A stretch of DNA of 64,000 bases from an uncultured archaeon (GCA_964493715.1 CAZBPC010000001.1:44383-108382), one strand, 5' to 3'. Counted from the stretch's first letter, positions 49,153 to 59,769 are shown. Numbers and translations are program-made. Notes: a model not told the origin generated them from the letters alone.

Positions 49153-50355
49153 TTAAGATTGATTTTTCTGAAATCTATAGTAAACTTCTTCAAAATATTT
49201 ATCTGACATTCCAGCTATATAATCTCTGACAATTAAAGTAAGCTTATTCTGATCTCGTAAGGGGTGATAGTATGTATTATATTCAGGATCGTCAATATAT
49301 GCCACATGATCATTAAAAATTGGTGAATCATATATTTCTTCTTCTAAATCTTTTAAAGCAGTTTTGAAGATGAGTTGGAACTTCTCTTTTAACTTATCAA
49401 GAAATTTTGCTCCATTTCCAATCATCAAATCTCGTCTCGTGTATATGCGATCATAATTAAATGCTTTTAATTCACGTAATGCTTCAAATACTTCTTCAGT
49501 ATATCCGATAGTCATATTTTCTAAACTATAGTTTAATAAATCCATGATCAAGGATTTCATAATTTCTCGGTTAGTATCCCCTAACACTTTTTTACAAAAT
49601 TCTGGTATTTCTTCTCTTTTAATGAATTTTAATAAAATTGCATCTTCGATATCCCTTCCAATATATGATATCGTGTCAGCAAATCTAACAGTAATACCCT
49701 CAAACGTGGTAGGAATTTTCCTGATCTTATTTTTCGTAATAGCGTCTTGGTATTCTTTATTGTGATCATCCCAAGTTTTACTGTTTATCTTATTAGGTTT
49801 TAATTCTCTTTCATAGATTTCTCCGTCGTGACATAAAATACCATCAAGTACTTGTAATGTTAAGTTCAATCCTTTTGCAGGTTCTTTTGGAAATCTTTTT
49901 TCCAAAAAGGAAAGCCATCGTACACCTTGAGCATTATGATTAAAATTACCCATTCGATACTCATTACTAATCTCGTCAAGGATTTGTTCCCCAAGATGAC
50001 CGAAAGGAGAGTGCCCAATATCATGACCAAGGGCAATTGCTTCAATTAAATCAGAATTTAATTTTAAGATTCTCCCGATTTGACGTGATACTCTAGACAC
50101 TAATAACACGTGGAGAGAACGATGCGTTATATTTGCATTCATTACTCCAAAGAAGACTTGCGTCTTATCTATATATCTCGCATATGCTTTAGAATGAACA
50201 ATTCTATCTACATCCCTAAAGAAAGGGGGGCGAATGTCAGATTCATCCTCTTCTTCATGAGATCTAATCGCCCAAGAATCAGGGATTCCTCGTTTACCTA
50301 AATCGGTATTTTTTTGCATGAGATGTTTGAATAATTCTATTCGAGCGGGATCCAT
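49153..50355 (-). CDS. dGTP triphosphohydrolase-like HD-domain protein
   Basis: RDVDRIVHSKAY...KTQVF, GHDIGHSPFGHLGE, HNAQ, DYIAGMSD. Confidence 0.9.
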   Translation of the reverse strand: MDPARIELFKHLMQKNTDLGKRGIPDSWAIRSHEEEDESDIRPPFFRDVDRIVHSKAYARYIDKTQVFFGVMNANITHRSLHVLLVSRVSRQIGRILKLNSDLIEAIALGHDIGHSPFGHLGEQILDEISNEYRMGNFNHNAQGVRWLSFLEKRFPKEPAKGLNLTLQVLDGILCHDGEIYERELKPNKINSKTWDDHNKEYQDAITKNKIRKIPTTFEGITVRFADTISYIGRDIEDAILLKFIKREEIPEFCKKVLGDTNREIMKSLIMDLLNYSLENMTIGYTEEVFEALRELKAFNYDRIYTRRDLMIGNGAKFLDKLKEKFQLIFKTALKDLEEEIYDSPIFNDHVAYIDDPEYNTYYHPLRDQNKLTLIVRDYIAGMSDKYFEEVYYRFQKNQS

Positions 50356-50431
50356 TAGTCAACCACCATATATGAGGAATCTATTAATAAAACCTGATCT
50401 TTCTCATTATATTATAACGATGAGTTCGATA

Positions 50432-51373
50432 TTACACATTACCAAACTTTATAATAATAGCATCATGAGGACATTTTTCCTTGCAAGTCAAGCATATATT
50501 GCATTCACCATTTCCTGTGAAGAATTCAAATGGTTCATCTAAAATTCTAATTTGTTTAGGACATACTTTTTCACAAATACCACATTCGGATCTTCCAACA
50601 CATCTTACAGGATTTCTTGACAGTTTCAAGAATGAATAATCAGCAATTACAGCTGATATAGCAGCAAAAGGGCAAAAATACCTGCAATATATTCGCGGAT
50701 ACCAAATAGATAAGATAAGAATCAATAGATAGAAAAGAAAGATGAAAATCGCTGCCCAATTACCACTATTGAAAAATGTGGACCAGTTAGTTATAAATTC
50801 AATGAAATAAGAGAAGATAAACTCTGACATGGAAAAATAACCGATTGGTTTATTACCAAACTCACCCAATTGGGTTTTGAATTCTAAGTAAAATAATTGA
50901 TTCGCATTCTTCGTAAGTCCTAATGGTACTATGAAGATTATTAGAATGATTACAATAACATATTTAATATTGAGTAAAGATTTATGGCGTTTCGTTTTGG
51001 GTCTTTTCTTTTTTGTTGGTAGTGCTGCGCAAGCATCTTGAATAGTTCCTATTGGGCATACCCATCCACAAAATGATCTGTTCGTGAAAAGGATAAAAAG
51101 AATTAAAATAGAAATGAGTAATAATGGAAAGAATCCATTCCCAATCGAAAAAAAAATGTATTCAAGAATTCCCGCTCCATGCGAGAGAGGATTTCGAGGA
51201 CTATTTAGAATTGGAAGTACTTTAATAAGATCCTCAAAACCTTTTAAATTTATGCTAAAAATAGTCTCAAGAATTACATAGTTAATTAATAAGAAAGTAG
51301 TGATTTGGACTAAGCGTCTTGCTAGAATAATCTTATGATCTTTCAATTGAATTCTTAATTTCATTGGTACCAC
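50432..51373 (-). CDS. Membrane-bound 4Fe-4S protein (NapH/MauN-like)
   Basis: RSFCGWVCPIG, RIYCRYFCP, two C-terminal Fe-S Cys motifs, TM helices. Confidence 0.88.
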   Translation of the reverse strand: MVPMKLRIQLKDHKIILARRLVQITTFLLINYVILETIFSINLKGFEDLIKVLPILNSPRNPLSHGAGILEYIFFSIGNGFFPLLLISILILFILFTNRSFCGWVCPIGTIQDACAALPTKKKRPKTKRHKSLLNIKYVIVIILIIFIVPLGLTKNANQLFYLEFKTQLGEFGNKPIGYFSMSEFIFSYFIEFITNWSTFFNSGNWAAIFIFLFYLLILILSIWYPRIYCRYFCPFAAISAVIADYSFLKLSRNPVRCVGRSECGICEKVCPKQIRILDEPFEFFTGNGECNICLTCKEKCPHDAIIIKFGNV

Positions 51374-51612
51374 TTAAAATATTTTAAAATTTAATCTAAT
51401 ATCTTATTCAAATTATTGGTGTTTAAAAAAATTAATTTAAATTAGGAATCATCTATGAAGAATAGAATCAATTATGTCAATTTTGGTTAAAATTTAATGT
51501 TAGTAAATCTAATAATTCCTAAAACTTTTAATATTAACAGAATTGACAATTTTTAAATAGAGGAGTTTTATTGCCCAAAATAAAAGTTTTGATTGTGGAA
51601 TGAATTAAAAAA

Positions 51613-53523
51613 CTATTTTAATAGAATAGTCTCTAAATTTTTAGGCGCCTTTGTTGTTTTCCTCAATTTTCTGTGAATCATCGTAGCCAAGCTAATCACT
51701 TTTGTCTCTTCTCCATGATTACAAATTATCATCTTAGGTCTCGGTGCTATTCTTCGTAAGAATTGAGAAATCTGACTTCGAGATGAATGACCACTAAATC
51801 CTTCAAGAGTGAATACGTTTAGATTTAATTTCACTAATTGAGTTCTACCTCTAGGATCAATATATTGAAATTCTCGAAAGCCCCGTATGATTCGACTTCC
51901 TAATGTTCCAGAAACTTGGTATGACACGAAGACTAGACTATTATTTTTATCCTCTGCTAGTGCTCTCAAGTACTGAACTGAAGGACCTCCAATCAACATT
52001 CCACTCGTGGCTAAAATAATACATGGTCCTCCTTGTATTACATCTTGGCGTTCTTCTGGTGAAGAGACAGTTGTAAAGAAATCACTCATAAAAGGATTTT
52101 TTCCTTGATGAAGTATTTTCTCTCTTAAATCCAAGCTAAGGTAATCGGGATGGGCAGTGTGTATTGCAGTGGCTTCAGAAATAAGACCATCCAAGAAAAT
52201 TGGTACGCGGTCAATTATACCTTTTGAAATTAATTCCTCTAAGACAATAATCAGTTCTTGTGCTCTTCCAACTGCTAATACAGGTATGAGTACTTTGCCA
52301 CCCCTTCGAATTGTGGAAGTAAGAACCTGTTTCAAATCTCGTTCAGAATCTTGGCGACTAGGAATTCGATCTTGAGGACCTCCATATGTTGATTCAATCA
52401 ATAAACTCTCTACACGAGGGAATTTTACTGCTGCTTTCTCAAGTAAACGGGTTTTCTGGTATTTAAAATCACCAGTATAAACAAAGTTATATCCTCCTTT
52501 TCCAAAGTGTAAATGTATCATGGATGAGCCGAGTATGTGTCCGGAATTATGAAGGGTTAACTTTACATCAGGAGCAATATCAGTAACTTTTCCCCAAGCT
52601 AATGGAATGGTATGTAGAACTGTCATTTTTACATCTCTTTTTGAATAGGGTGGGACAGTTCCTTCTTTTTCTGCAATTTGCACAAAATCTAACTGAAGCA
52701 TAGTAGAAAGGTTTCTGGTGGGAAGAGTAGAATAGACTGGTCCTCGATATCCATATTTAAATAAAAATGGAACCATTCCACAATGATCCAAATGAGCATG
52801 AGATATAACGACAGCATCCAAATCCCGAACTGAAAATTCTGGGACATCAAAACCGGGAAATCTATCATTTTTATTTCCAACGTTTAACCCTACATCAAGA
52901 AGAATATTACTATCCCTTGTTTGCATTAGTATGCAAGATCTTCCTACTTCTCTAAATCCTCCTAAAGCTGTCATTCTGATAGCTAAATCCTTAAAAAGAG
53001 GGGGCCTGTGGATTCGTTTTCCAATGTCTAATAGTATTTCTTTTTGGTGTTGACGCTCTTTTTTCAACATCTGTCTTATTAATTGTATTGTTATAGACGA
53101 AAGAGGAGGTGTTCGAATTGTTTTAGGTTGCCAAAATGTATTTGACCGAATTTCTTTAAGATTCATCCCTTTTTTACCAATTACTATCCCGGGTTTTCCT
53201 GCTTCAATTATAACTTCTCCACGTGTATGATCAAACTCGATGCTAGTAATTTCGGCCTCTTCACCAACAAGATTGCGAATATATACTTCAGTTTCATCTG
53301 GGTCTTTCCGTTTTTCAACATTCCAACGAAATACTACCCTTTTTCTCATTGATCTTGCTAAATCTTTAAGAATTTCGGAATTTTCAATTCCTTCCACATC
53401 TGCATTTTCGGAATAAACAGCAATTTCTGGACCCTCAAATTCGATTTTTTTCACGACAATATCAGAAGGGAGGATTTGAATAATTTCCTCTCTAATTCTT
53501 TGTAATTCGCCTTCAAAACTCAT
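51613..53523 (-). CDS. Archaeal beta-CASP ribonuclease aCPSF1 (FttA), KH domains + MBL fold
   Basis: EFEGPEI, KPGIVIGKKG, SHAHLDH, GHILGS, YTGD, ESTYG, GFSGH. Confidence 0.96.
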   Translation of the reverse strand: MSFEGELQRIREEIIQILPSDIVVKKIEFEGPEIAVYSENADVEGIENSEILKDLARSMRKRVVFRWNVEKRKDPDETEVYIRNLVGEEAEITSIEFDHTRGEVIIEAGKPGIVIGKKGMNLKEIRSNTFWQPKTIRTPPLSSITIQLIRQMLKKERQHQKEILLDIGKRIHRPPLFKDLAIRMTALGGFREVGRSCILMQTRDSNILLDVGLNVGNKNDRFPGFDVPEFSVRDLDAVVISHAHLDHCGMVPFLFKYGYRGPVYSTLPTRNLSTMLQLDFVQIAEKEGTVPPYSKRDVKMTVLHTIPLAWGKVTDIAPDVKLTLHNSGHILGSSMIHLHFGKGGYNFVYTGDFKYQKTRLLEKAAVKFPRVESLLIESTYGGPQDRIPSRQDSERDLKQVLTSTIRRGGKVLIPVLAVGRAQELIIVLEELISKGIIDRVPIFLDGLISEATAIHTAHPDYLSLDLREKILHQGKNPFMSDFFTTVSSPEERQDVIQGGPCIILATSGMLIGGPSVQYLRALAEDKNNSLVFVSYQVSGTLGSRIIRGFREFQYIDPRGRTQLVKLNLNVFTLEGFSGHSSRSQISQFLRRIAPRPKMIICNHGEETKVISLATMIHRKLRKTTKAPKNLETILLK

Positions 53524-53850
53524 AATAATCCGATTTTAAAATTATTTCATTTTAAGTATATTGATTGAAAATAATTTGATTACAATTAATGAAAATTATT
53601 TTCCTTAACTCTTTTTTATATTAGTACTTTTTCCGTGGTAAATATCAAGTTAATTTTCAGTGATTTTGTATAAATAGAATAATTATCTCTTAGATATTAT
53701 CACTATTACAAGAGAGTGAATTTAAGAATGAATTCTATTAATCTCTAAATATTATATTGGATAATCACATAAAAATTTTTGCATATGTTATTTCATAAAA
53801 TATAGAATATAGAAGTAAAATTTTATAACTAATGAAAATTAGAAAATCCT

Positions 53851-54486
53851 ATGCCAGAAGTTAAGATTGGCGCAATCGCATCTGGTTCAGGTACAAATCT
53901 AGAGGCAATAATTGAATCATGTGAAAACGGAATTTTAAGGAAAAAAGCCTCAGTAGAGGTTTTAATCTGCAATAAACAAGGAGCTTACTGCATGGAAAGA
54001 GCAAAAAATCACAAGATACCTTATTATTTAATAGAATCAGATAAAAATCTTGATATTTCTCGCGAAGAATTTGATCAACTAATGATTAATGTACTCAAGG
54101 AACATGAATGTGAATTAATTGCATTAGTTGGATACATGAGATTAGTAAGCCAAAAATTCATCAATGCCTTCAATGGTAATGTCATGAACATTCATCCTGC
54201 ATTATTACCTGCATTTAAAGGTCTTCACGGTCAACGTGATGCACTTAATTATGGCGTAAAAGTTTCTGGATGCACTGTTCACTTTATAGATGCAAGTACA
54301 GATCACGGTCCAATAATAATCCAAAAATGCGTGCCAGTATATGCAACAGACACCGAAGAATCTTTGGCTTTAAGAATTTTGGAATGGGAACATAAAATCT
54401 TCCCAAAAGCCATAGAATTATATTGTGAGAAGCGCCTTCATGTAATTAATAGGATTGTGCATATAGACGGAGAGATTAAATATTAA
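53851..54486 (+). CDS. purN: Phosphoribosylglycinamide formyltransferase
   Basis: ASGSGTNL, GYMRL, NIHPALLP, GCTVHF, DHGPII, EH. Confidence 0.96.
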   Translation: MPEVKIGAIASGSGTNLEAIIESCENGILRKKASVEVLICNKQGAYCMERAKNHKIPYYLIESDKNLDISREEFDQLMINVLKEHECELIALVGYMRLVSQKFINAFNGNVMNIHPALLPAFKGLHGQRDALNYGVKVSGCTVHFIDASTDHGPIIIQKCVPVYATDTEESLALRILEWEHKIFPKAIELYCEKRLHVINRIVHIDGEIKY

Positions 54487-54496
54487 ATCCTAAAAT

Positions 54497-54597
54497 GCGG
54501 GAAATGATATCTTTGAAAGCTCTGACCCAACTGAAAGTATTGGTATCTTCCAAGAAGATGATGACGATCTTGAGTAATGAGAATATTCATTTCCCGC
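54497..54597 (+). ncRNA. Candidate box C/D guide sRNA
   Basis: 11-bp terminal inverted repeat GCGGGAAATGA/TCATTTCCCGC; CTGA at 54522 and 54531; ATGATGA at 54558; 12-nt guide complementary to a typical tRNA-Leu(CAA) anticodon arm. Confidence 0.55.
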
Positions 54598-54690
54598 TCC
54601 TATTACACTCAAATAAAACCTAAAATTTTAATCAAATCAATCATGGTTTAATTATATATTATTAATAATCAACAAGAAAATGAAGAAAGG

Positions 54691-56880
54691 ATGCCTCATC
54701 GAAAGGAAATTTCTGAGATTCTAAAAATGATGAAAAAACCTCGCAATATACGTAATATCGGGTTTGTGGGTCATATAGATCATGGAAAGACAACATTAAG
54801 CGATTCACTTTTGAGTGAAGCAGGTTTATTATCACCCGATTTAGCAGGAGAAGCACGAGCTTTAGACTATTTAGAAGAAGAACAAAGGCGCGGAATTACC
54901 ATGAAATCTACTAATATATCTCTATATTATGAAAAATCTCTTAAGGGTCACGACCCATTCTTAATAAATCTTGTTGATACTCCAGGTCACTTAGATTTTA
55001 GTGGAAAAGTAACACGTGCTTTAAGGTTAATAGATGGAGTTGTTGTAGTTGTCGATGCTGTTGAGGAAATAATTAGCCAATCTGAGACGGTTATTAAACA
55101 AGCGCTGCAGGAAGGCGTAAAACCAGTTCTTTATATAAATAAAGTAGATCGCCTTATCCGAGAATTAAAACTAACAGATGAACAAATAAGAAAAAAATAT
55201 ACAAGGATTATAAATGACTTTAATACGCTTATTGAAAGATTTGCAGATAAACCTTTCAAAAAAGAGTGGCAAGTATCTCCTGCTGATGGAAACGTCGCAT
55301 TTGGCTCTGCACTCCACAAATGGGGTTTTACTTTAAATATTTTAGAAAATAACGAGTTAAAGTTTTCGAATATTAGATCACGATATCAAAAAGAAACATA
55401 TACTAAAGAAACTTATGCTGATTTAGCTGTGCATTTTCCAATACACAACGCAATACTAGAAATGGTTGTAGATCACCTCCCTAACCCTATTGATGCTCAG
55501 AAATACAGAATCGGTAAGATTTGGAATGGAGATTTGACATCTGAAATTGGAAAATCCATGATAAATTGCGATCTAAATGGTCCTTTAATAATATGTTTGA
55601 GTAAAGTACAAGCAGATAAGCACACTTTGATCGCGACGGGGAGAATCTTTTCCGGAAATTGTATCAATAAAGAGGAAGTATTTTTATTAAGAGAAAATAA
55701 TTTTGACACAATCCGAAAAACTGCAATTTTTATGGGTCAAAGAAGAGAACAAGTTGAAGAAATACCTGTTGGAAACATCGTGGCTATAGAAGGATTAAAA
55801 CATGTCAAAAGCGGAGAAACCATAATTAATAAGAATTATATTGATAAAATGATTCCATTTGAAAATGTGAAATATGTTTCCACACCCGTTGTTACTGTCT
55901 CTATCGAACCAGATTATTTAAGAGATTTAGATAAGATGAAGGAACTCATCGAAAACATGCTAATCGAAGATCCTAATTTGTTATTTGAAGTAAACGAGGA
56001 AAATGGTGAATTTCTCCTCTCTGGTATGGGTCCCTTACACCTTGAAGTTACCGCAAATGAACTTGAAAAACGAGGCATTCAGGTTTCAACATCCGAACCA
56101 AGAGCCGTTTTTAAAGAATCAATCAGGCATAAATCCTCTATTGTTTCAGTAGAATCATCCATCAATAAAAATTCTCTTAAACTTAAAACTGAAAGATTAG
56201 ATGATAAAACTTCTAGGTTTTTTCAGACTCACGATATTAAGGCTATCAAGCCAAAAACAAAATTGAAAGAATTATTGGAAGAATTTACAGACTTAACAAC
56301 AGATGAAATCCAAAACTTTTGGATGTATTATGATAATAACAATATTTTAATTTACAATTTAGGAGAAAATTTAAATCAATCTTATAAAGAATCTATTGTA
56401 GAAATTATTGGTAAAATTCTTTTATATGGACCTTTATGTGGAGAAAAATTAACGGGTCTAAAAATTATAATTGAAGAACTCATCATCAATAAATTTGATG
56501 AAGAAAACGCGTTTAATGAATTATCCGCAATGTTTTATAATGCTATTAAAGATGCTTTAAACGAATCTGAACTTATCCTACTTGAACCAATTTACCATAC
56601 AATTATTCAATTGCACCCAGATTATATAAAAAATACGCTTTCATTGCTTTCTAAATATTCCGCAAAAATAAAAGAAGTAAACCAAGAAAAGGATTATCAA
56701 GGAATTATAGAAATTTTGCTCCCAGTAAGGAATTCTATTAAATTTGCTGAAGATATTCGGTCTTCAACATCCGGAAAAGCATTCTGGCAGAATGAGTTTT
56801 ATGCGTTTATGGAGGTTCCTAATCACGAAGCTAAGCAAATTATAAATGACCTGCGCTTCATGAAAGGTATTTCGTGGTAA
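54691..56880 (+). CDS. Translation elongation factor EF-2 paralog (aEF-2p-like)
   Basis: GHIDHGKTT, RGIT, DTPGH, NKVD, GMGPLHLEV; diverged domain IV without the HRG diphthamide motif. Confidence 0.88.
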   Translation: MPHRKEISEILKMMKKPRNIRNIGFVGHIDHGKTTLSDSLLSEAGLLSPDLAGEARALDYLEEEQRRGITMKSTNISLYYEKSLKGHDPFLINLVDTPGHLDFSGKVTRALRLIDGVVVVVDAVEEIISQSETVIKQALQEGVKPVLYINKVDRLIRELKLTDEQIRKKYTRIINDFNTLIERFADKPFKKEWQVSPADGNVAFGSALHKWGFTLNILENNELKFSNIRSRYQKETYTKETYADLAVHFPIHNAILEMVVDHLPNPIDAQKYRIGKIWNGDLTSEIGKSMINCDLNGPLIICLSKVQADKHTLIATGRIFSGNCINKEEVFLLRENNFDTIRKTAIFMGQRREQVEEIPVGNIVAIEGLKHVKSGETIINKNYIDKMIPFENVKYVSTPVVTVSIEPDYLRDLDKMKELIENMLIEDPNLLFEVNEENGEFLLSGMGPLHLEVTANELEKRGIQVSTSEPRAVFKESIRHKSSIVSVESSINKNSLKLKTERLDDKTSRFFQTHDIKAIKPKTKLKELLEEFTDLTTDEIQNFWMYYDNNNILIYNLGENLNQSYKESIVEIIGKILLYGPLCGEKLTGLKIIIEELIINKFDEENAFNELSAMFYNAIKDALNESELILLEPIYHTIIQLHPDYIKNTLSLLSKYSAKIKEVNQEKDYQGIIEILLPVRNSIKFAEDIRSSTSGKAFWQNEFYAFMEVPNHEAKQIINDLRFMKGISW

Positions 56881-56936
56881 GAATTGACGTAAGCAGAACA
56901 ATTTACTATTAATACATTTGTTTGGGATTCAGGCTA

Positions 56937-57007
56937 TGCGCCTGCCGGGGATCGAACCCGGGACGCTAACTTGGGAAGCTAGCATATTACCACTATACTA
57001 CAAGCGC
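56937..57007 (-). tRNA. tRNA-Gly(CCC)
   Basis: GCGCUUG/CAGGCGC acceptor, CUAGC-UU-CCC-AA-GUUAG anticodon arm, CCGGG-UUCGAUC-CCCGG T-arm; CCA not encoded. Confidence 0.95.
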
Positions 57008-57072
57008 AAAAATTGAAGTCTAATGTTAATAAATGAGAAATTCTAAATAAATTTTTTTTATATCAAAAACAT

Positions 57073-57528
57073 AACCTCTCCTCTGAAATTATTAAGGAAT
57101 GTGTCGAGGAAATGATGTATTTGGCTGGAGATCGGGAAGTTGAGATAATATTAAATCCTTTAGATAATGCAGAATGTTAAATTGATAGATTGAGAATTGA
57201 ACAAGTGTTAACTAATCTTTTATCTAACGCAATTAAAAATACTCCATCAATGGGCTTTGTGGAGGTAATTTTGAGCACGCAAGGAGAACATATTTATATT
57301 TCAGTAGAGGATACCGGAATAGGATTGACGAAGGAGGAAATGGATAAGTTATTTAATAAATTTGGGAAGATTGAAAGATGTGGTAAAAAATTAAATGTTG
57401 ATATTGAGGGTTCAGGATTAGGTTTATTCATAACTAAAGAAATCATTGATTTACATAAAGGTAGCATCTGCGTTGAATCAGAGGGGAAAGACAAAGGTTC
57501 AAAATTCACGATTAAACTAAATAAATGA
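57073..57528 (+). pseudogene. Truncated sensor histidine kinase (HATPase_c remnant)
   Basis: N/G1/F/G2 boxes (NLLSNAIK, DTGIG, LFNKF, GSGLGL); upstream in-frame homologous sequence interrupted by TAA at 57178-57180; no H-box. Confidence 0.75.
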
Positions 57529-57652
57529 TATCAGCTAAGTTAATTTGATTGATTCTAATTATTACTAGATTTTAGTATCCTTAGGTTTTTATGGCAATTA
57601 AACATAAGAATTTTAATTGAAATAAGATTTTTTAGAACATAAATATCAATTT

Positions 57653-58339
57653 ATGGTGAATTTGCTGAAAATTGAAGATCTTAAAATTGAAAGCAATTTA
57701 ATAATTAAATCGAATGATGCTCTACTAATCGTCGATATGCAAAATGATTTTATACCTGGGGGGTCCTTACCTGTTAAAGATGGGGATCAAATAGTGGATG
57801 GAATTAACAGCATTGCAGAATTATTTAGAAAAAATAAAGCATCTATTATATTAACTCAAGATTGGCACCCTGAGGAGCATTTATCATTTGCAAGCAATCA
57901 TCCAGGAATGCACTCAGGTGATATCTATCAAACGGAAGCAATTGGACCAGTTCTATGGCCAGATCATTGCGTTCAAAATACTCTTGGATCTGAATTTCAT
58001 AAAGATTTGAAAAAAGAGTATGCTCATGCTATAATTCGAAAAGGGTATCATCCTGATATTGATAGTTATTCCGGTTTTATCGAGAATGATAAAAAATCAG
58101 AAACAGGATTAGCAGGATATCTAAAATCCCTTAAAATCAAGAGAATATTCATCTGTGGTTTAGCGTTAGACTACTGTTGCTTTTCTACAGCAATGGATGG
58201 CGTGGATTTTGACTTTAAAGTCTACTTTATTGTAGATTTGACAAAAGGAATAGATTTGCCTGCAGGAAATATCTCAAATGCCCTTGAAAGCATGCTGAAT
58301 AAGGGAATAACGTTTGTAATGAAAGATAGCTTTAAATGA
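57653..58339 (+). CDS. pncA: Nicotinamidase/pyrazinamidase
   Basis: VDMQNDF, QDWHP, WPDHC, DSYSGF, GLALDYC. Confidence 0.93.
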   Translation: MVNLLKIEDLKIESNLIIKSNDALLIVDMQNDFIPGGSLPVKDGDQIVDGINSIAELFRKNKASIILTQDWHPEEHLSFASNHPGMHSGDIYQTEAIGPVLWPDHCVQNTLGSEFHKDLKKEYAHAIIRKGYHPDIDSYSGFIENDKKSETGLAGYLKSLKIKRIFICGLALDYCCFSTAMDGVDFDFKVYFIVDLTKGIDLPAGNISNALESMLNKGITFVMKDSFK

Positions 58340-58431
58340 AGCAAGCAACAACGTTATTCTTTTTTAATAATTACTTTAAAATTTAATAGATTATTTCATT
58401 TTACATAACCAAAAACTTCTAAAACCATTCT

Positions 58432-58917
58432 ATGAATCTAAAAATCAAGAATTTTCCATACAAATCTATTTTAATTGTGTGCAGCGTTAATACAGCACGA
58501 AGTCCTATGACTGAAGGTTTCTTGAAACACATTTTTAAGAATAGTGATATTGATGTAAATGTGTATTCTGGGGGAATATCTTCGAATGCTAGAGACGGAA
58601 TGCTTATTTCGCTCGATGCCAAATTAGCAATGCAAGAAGAGGGGATTCTTTTATCCAACGAATCGATATCCTTAGATTTAAAGAAACATTCTGAATTGAT
58701 TGGAAAGGCTGACCTGATCCTCACCTTAACCAATAAACACAAGGAAGAAATTCTCAAATATGTATCAAAAAATGGTACTGATATTTTAACATTGAAAGAA
58801 TTCGCGGATGATTGCGGTGATATAGAAGATCCCTCCATGAAAGGTATCGATGGTTTTAGAAAAGCACGGGATCAAATAAAAAAGTGTATAATTAAAGGAT
58901 TAAAGAAATATAAGTGA
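58432..58917 (+). CDS. Low-molecular-weight protein-tyrosine-phosphatase / arsenate reductase family
   Basis: P-loop CSVNTARS; DIEDP. Confidence 0.88.
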   Translation: MNLKIKNFPYKSILIVCSVNTARSPMTEGFLKHIFKNSDIDVNVYSGGISSNARDGMLISLDAKLAMQEEGILLSNESISLDLKKHSELIGKADLILTLTNKHKEEILKYVSKNGTDILTLKEFADDCGDIEDPSMKGIDGFRKARDQIKKCIIKGLKKYK

Positions 58918-59762
58918 AAATTATGATTGAATACATAATAATTGCAATTTTACAAGGATTACTTGAATGGTTACCAATCTCCTCTTCGGGCCAAGTGATG
59001 ATCGTCTCATTAAATCTGCTTGATATATCCCCAGAACAAGCATACAGTTTGAGTATTTGGTTACATCTGGGTACAATGTTTGCTGTATTATTGAGATTTC
59101 GTAAAGATTATTATGGAATTATCAAATCTTTCATTCCTAGTAAAATGAAATTAGATCAAAACGATATAAAAAAGAGAAACTGGTTAATTATAGCAACATT
59201 GGGGACGGCTATAACAGCTTTACCCTTATATCTTATGTTCCGAGTATTGATTTTGGGAACATATTCAGCAGATCAAGGAGATATTTTGACTTTATTCATA
59301 TCTAGTTTTCTTATAATAACTGGTGTTATTCTATTAGTTTTTAAAAAGAAATATGGACGAAAAACAATCGACCTTATTTCCAACAAAGAAATATATCGAG
59401 ATTCTTTCATCTCTGGTCTAATCCAAGGAATCGCGATTCTTCCGGGAATATCGAGATCTGGAATAACAGTATCTACAATGCTGGTAGAAAATTTTGAACA
59501 AGATCACTCGTTAAAGTTAAGTTTCCTCATGTCTGTTCCCGTTATTTTAGCATCTATAGGTGTGGATATAATTTTTGGAGAAGGATCAATATTAGGTAGC
59601 TTAGATCTTCCTACTATTTTGGTTATAACAATAGTGAGTTTTTTGATTGGTTATCTTACAATGGAGGTTCTATTGAGAATTGCGCGTAGAGTCAATTTTG
59701 GTTATTTCTGTATCTTATATGGCGTGATAGCTTTTATTATAATAGTTCCATTTTTAATGTAA
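58914..59762 (+). CDS. uppP: Undecaprenyl-diphosphate phosphatase (BacA/UppP family)
   Basis: QGLLEWLPISSSG, LHLGT, PGISRSG, SFLMS; 4-nt overlap with the upstream gene. Confidence 0.9.
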   Translation: MKIMIEYIIIAILQGLLEWLPISSSGQVMIVSLNLLDISPEQAYSLSIWLHLGTMFAVLLRFRKDYYGIIKSFIPSKMKLDQNDIKKRNWLIIATLGTAITALPLYLMFRVLILGTYSADQGDILTLFISSFLIITGVILLVFKKKYGRKTIDLISNKEIYRDSFISGLIQGIAILPGISRSGITVSTMLVENFEQDHSLKLSFLMSVPVILASIGVDIIFGEGSILGSLDLPTILVITIVSFLIGYLTMEVLLRIARRVNFGYFCILYGVIAFIIIVPFLM

Positions 59763-59769
59763 ATTAACC

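Noticed and set aside
56880-57600. Integrated element at tRNA-Gly or tRNA-Gln
   Set aside because: No integrase and no duplicated tRNA 3' end (att site) seen
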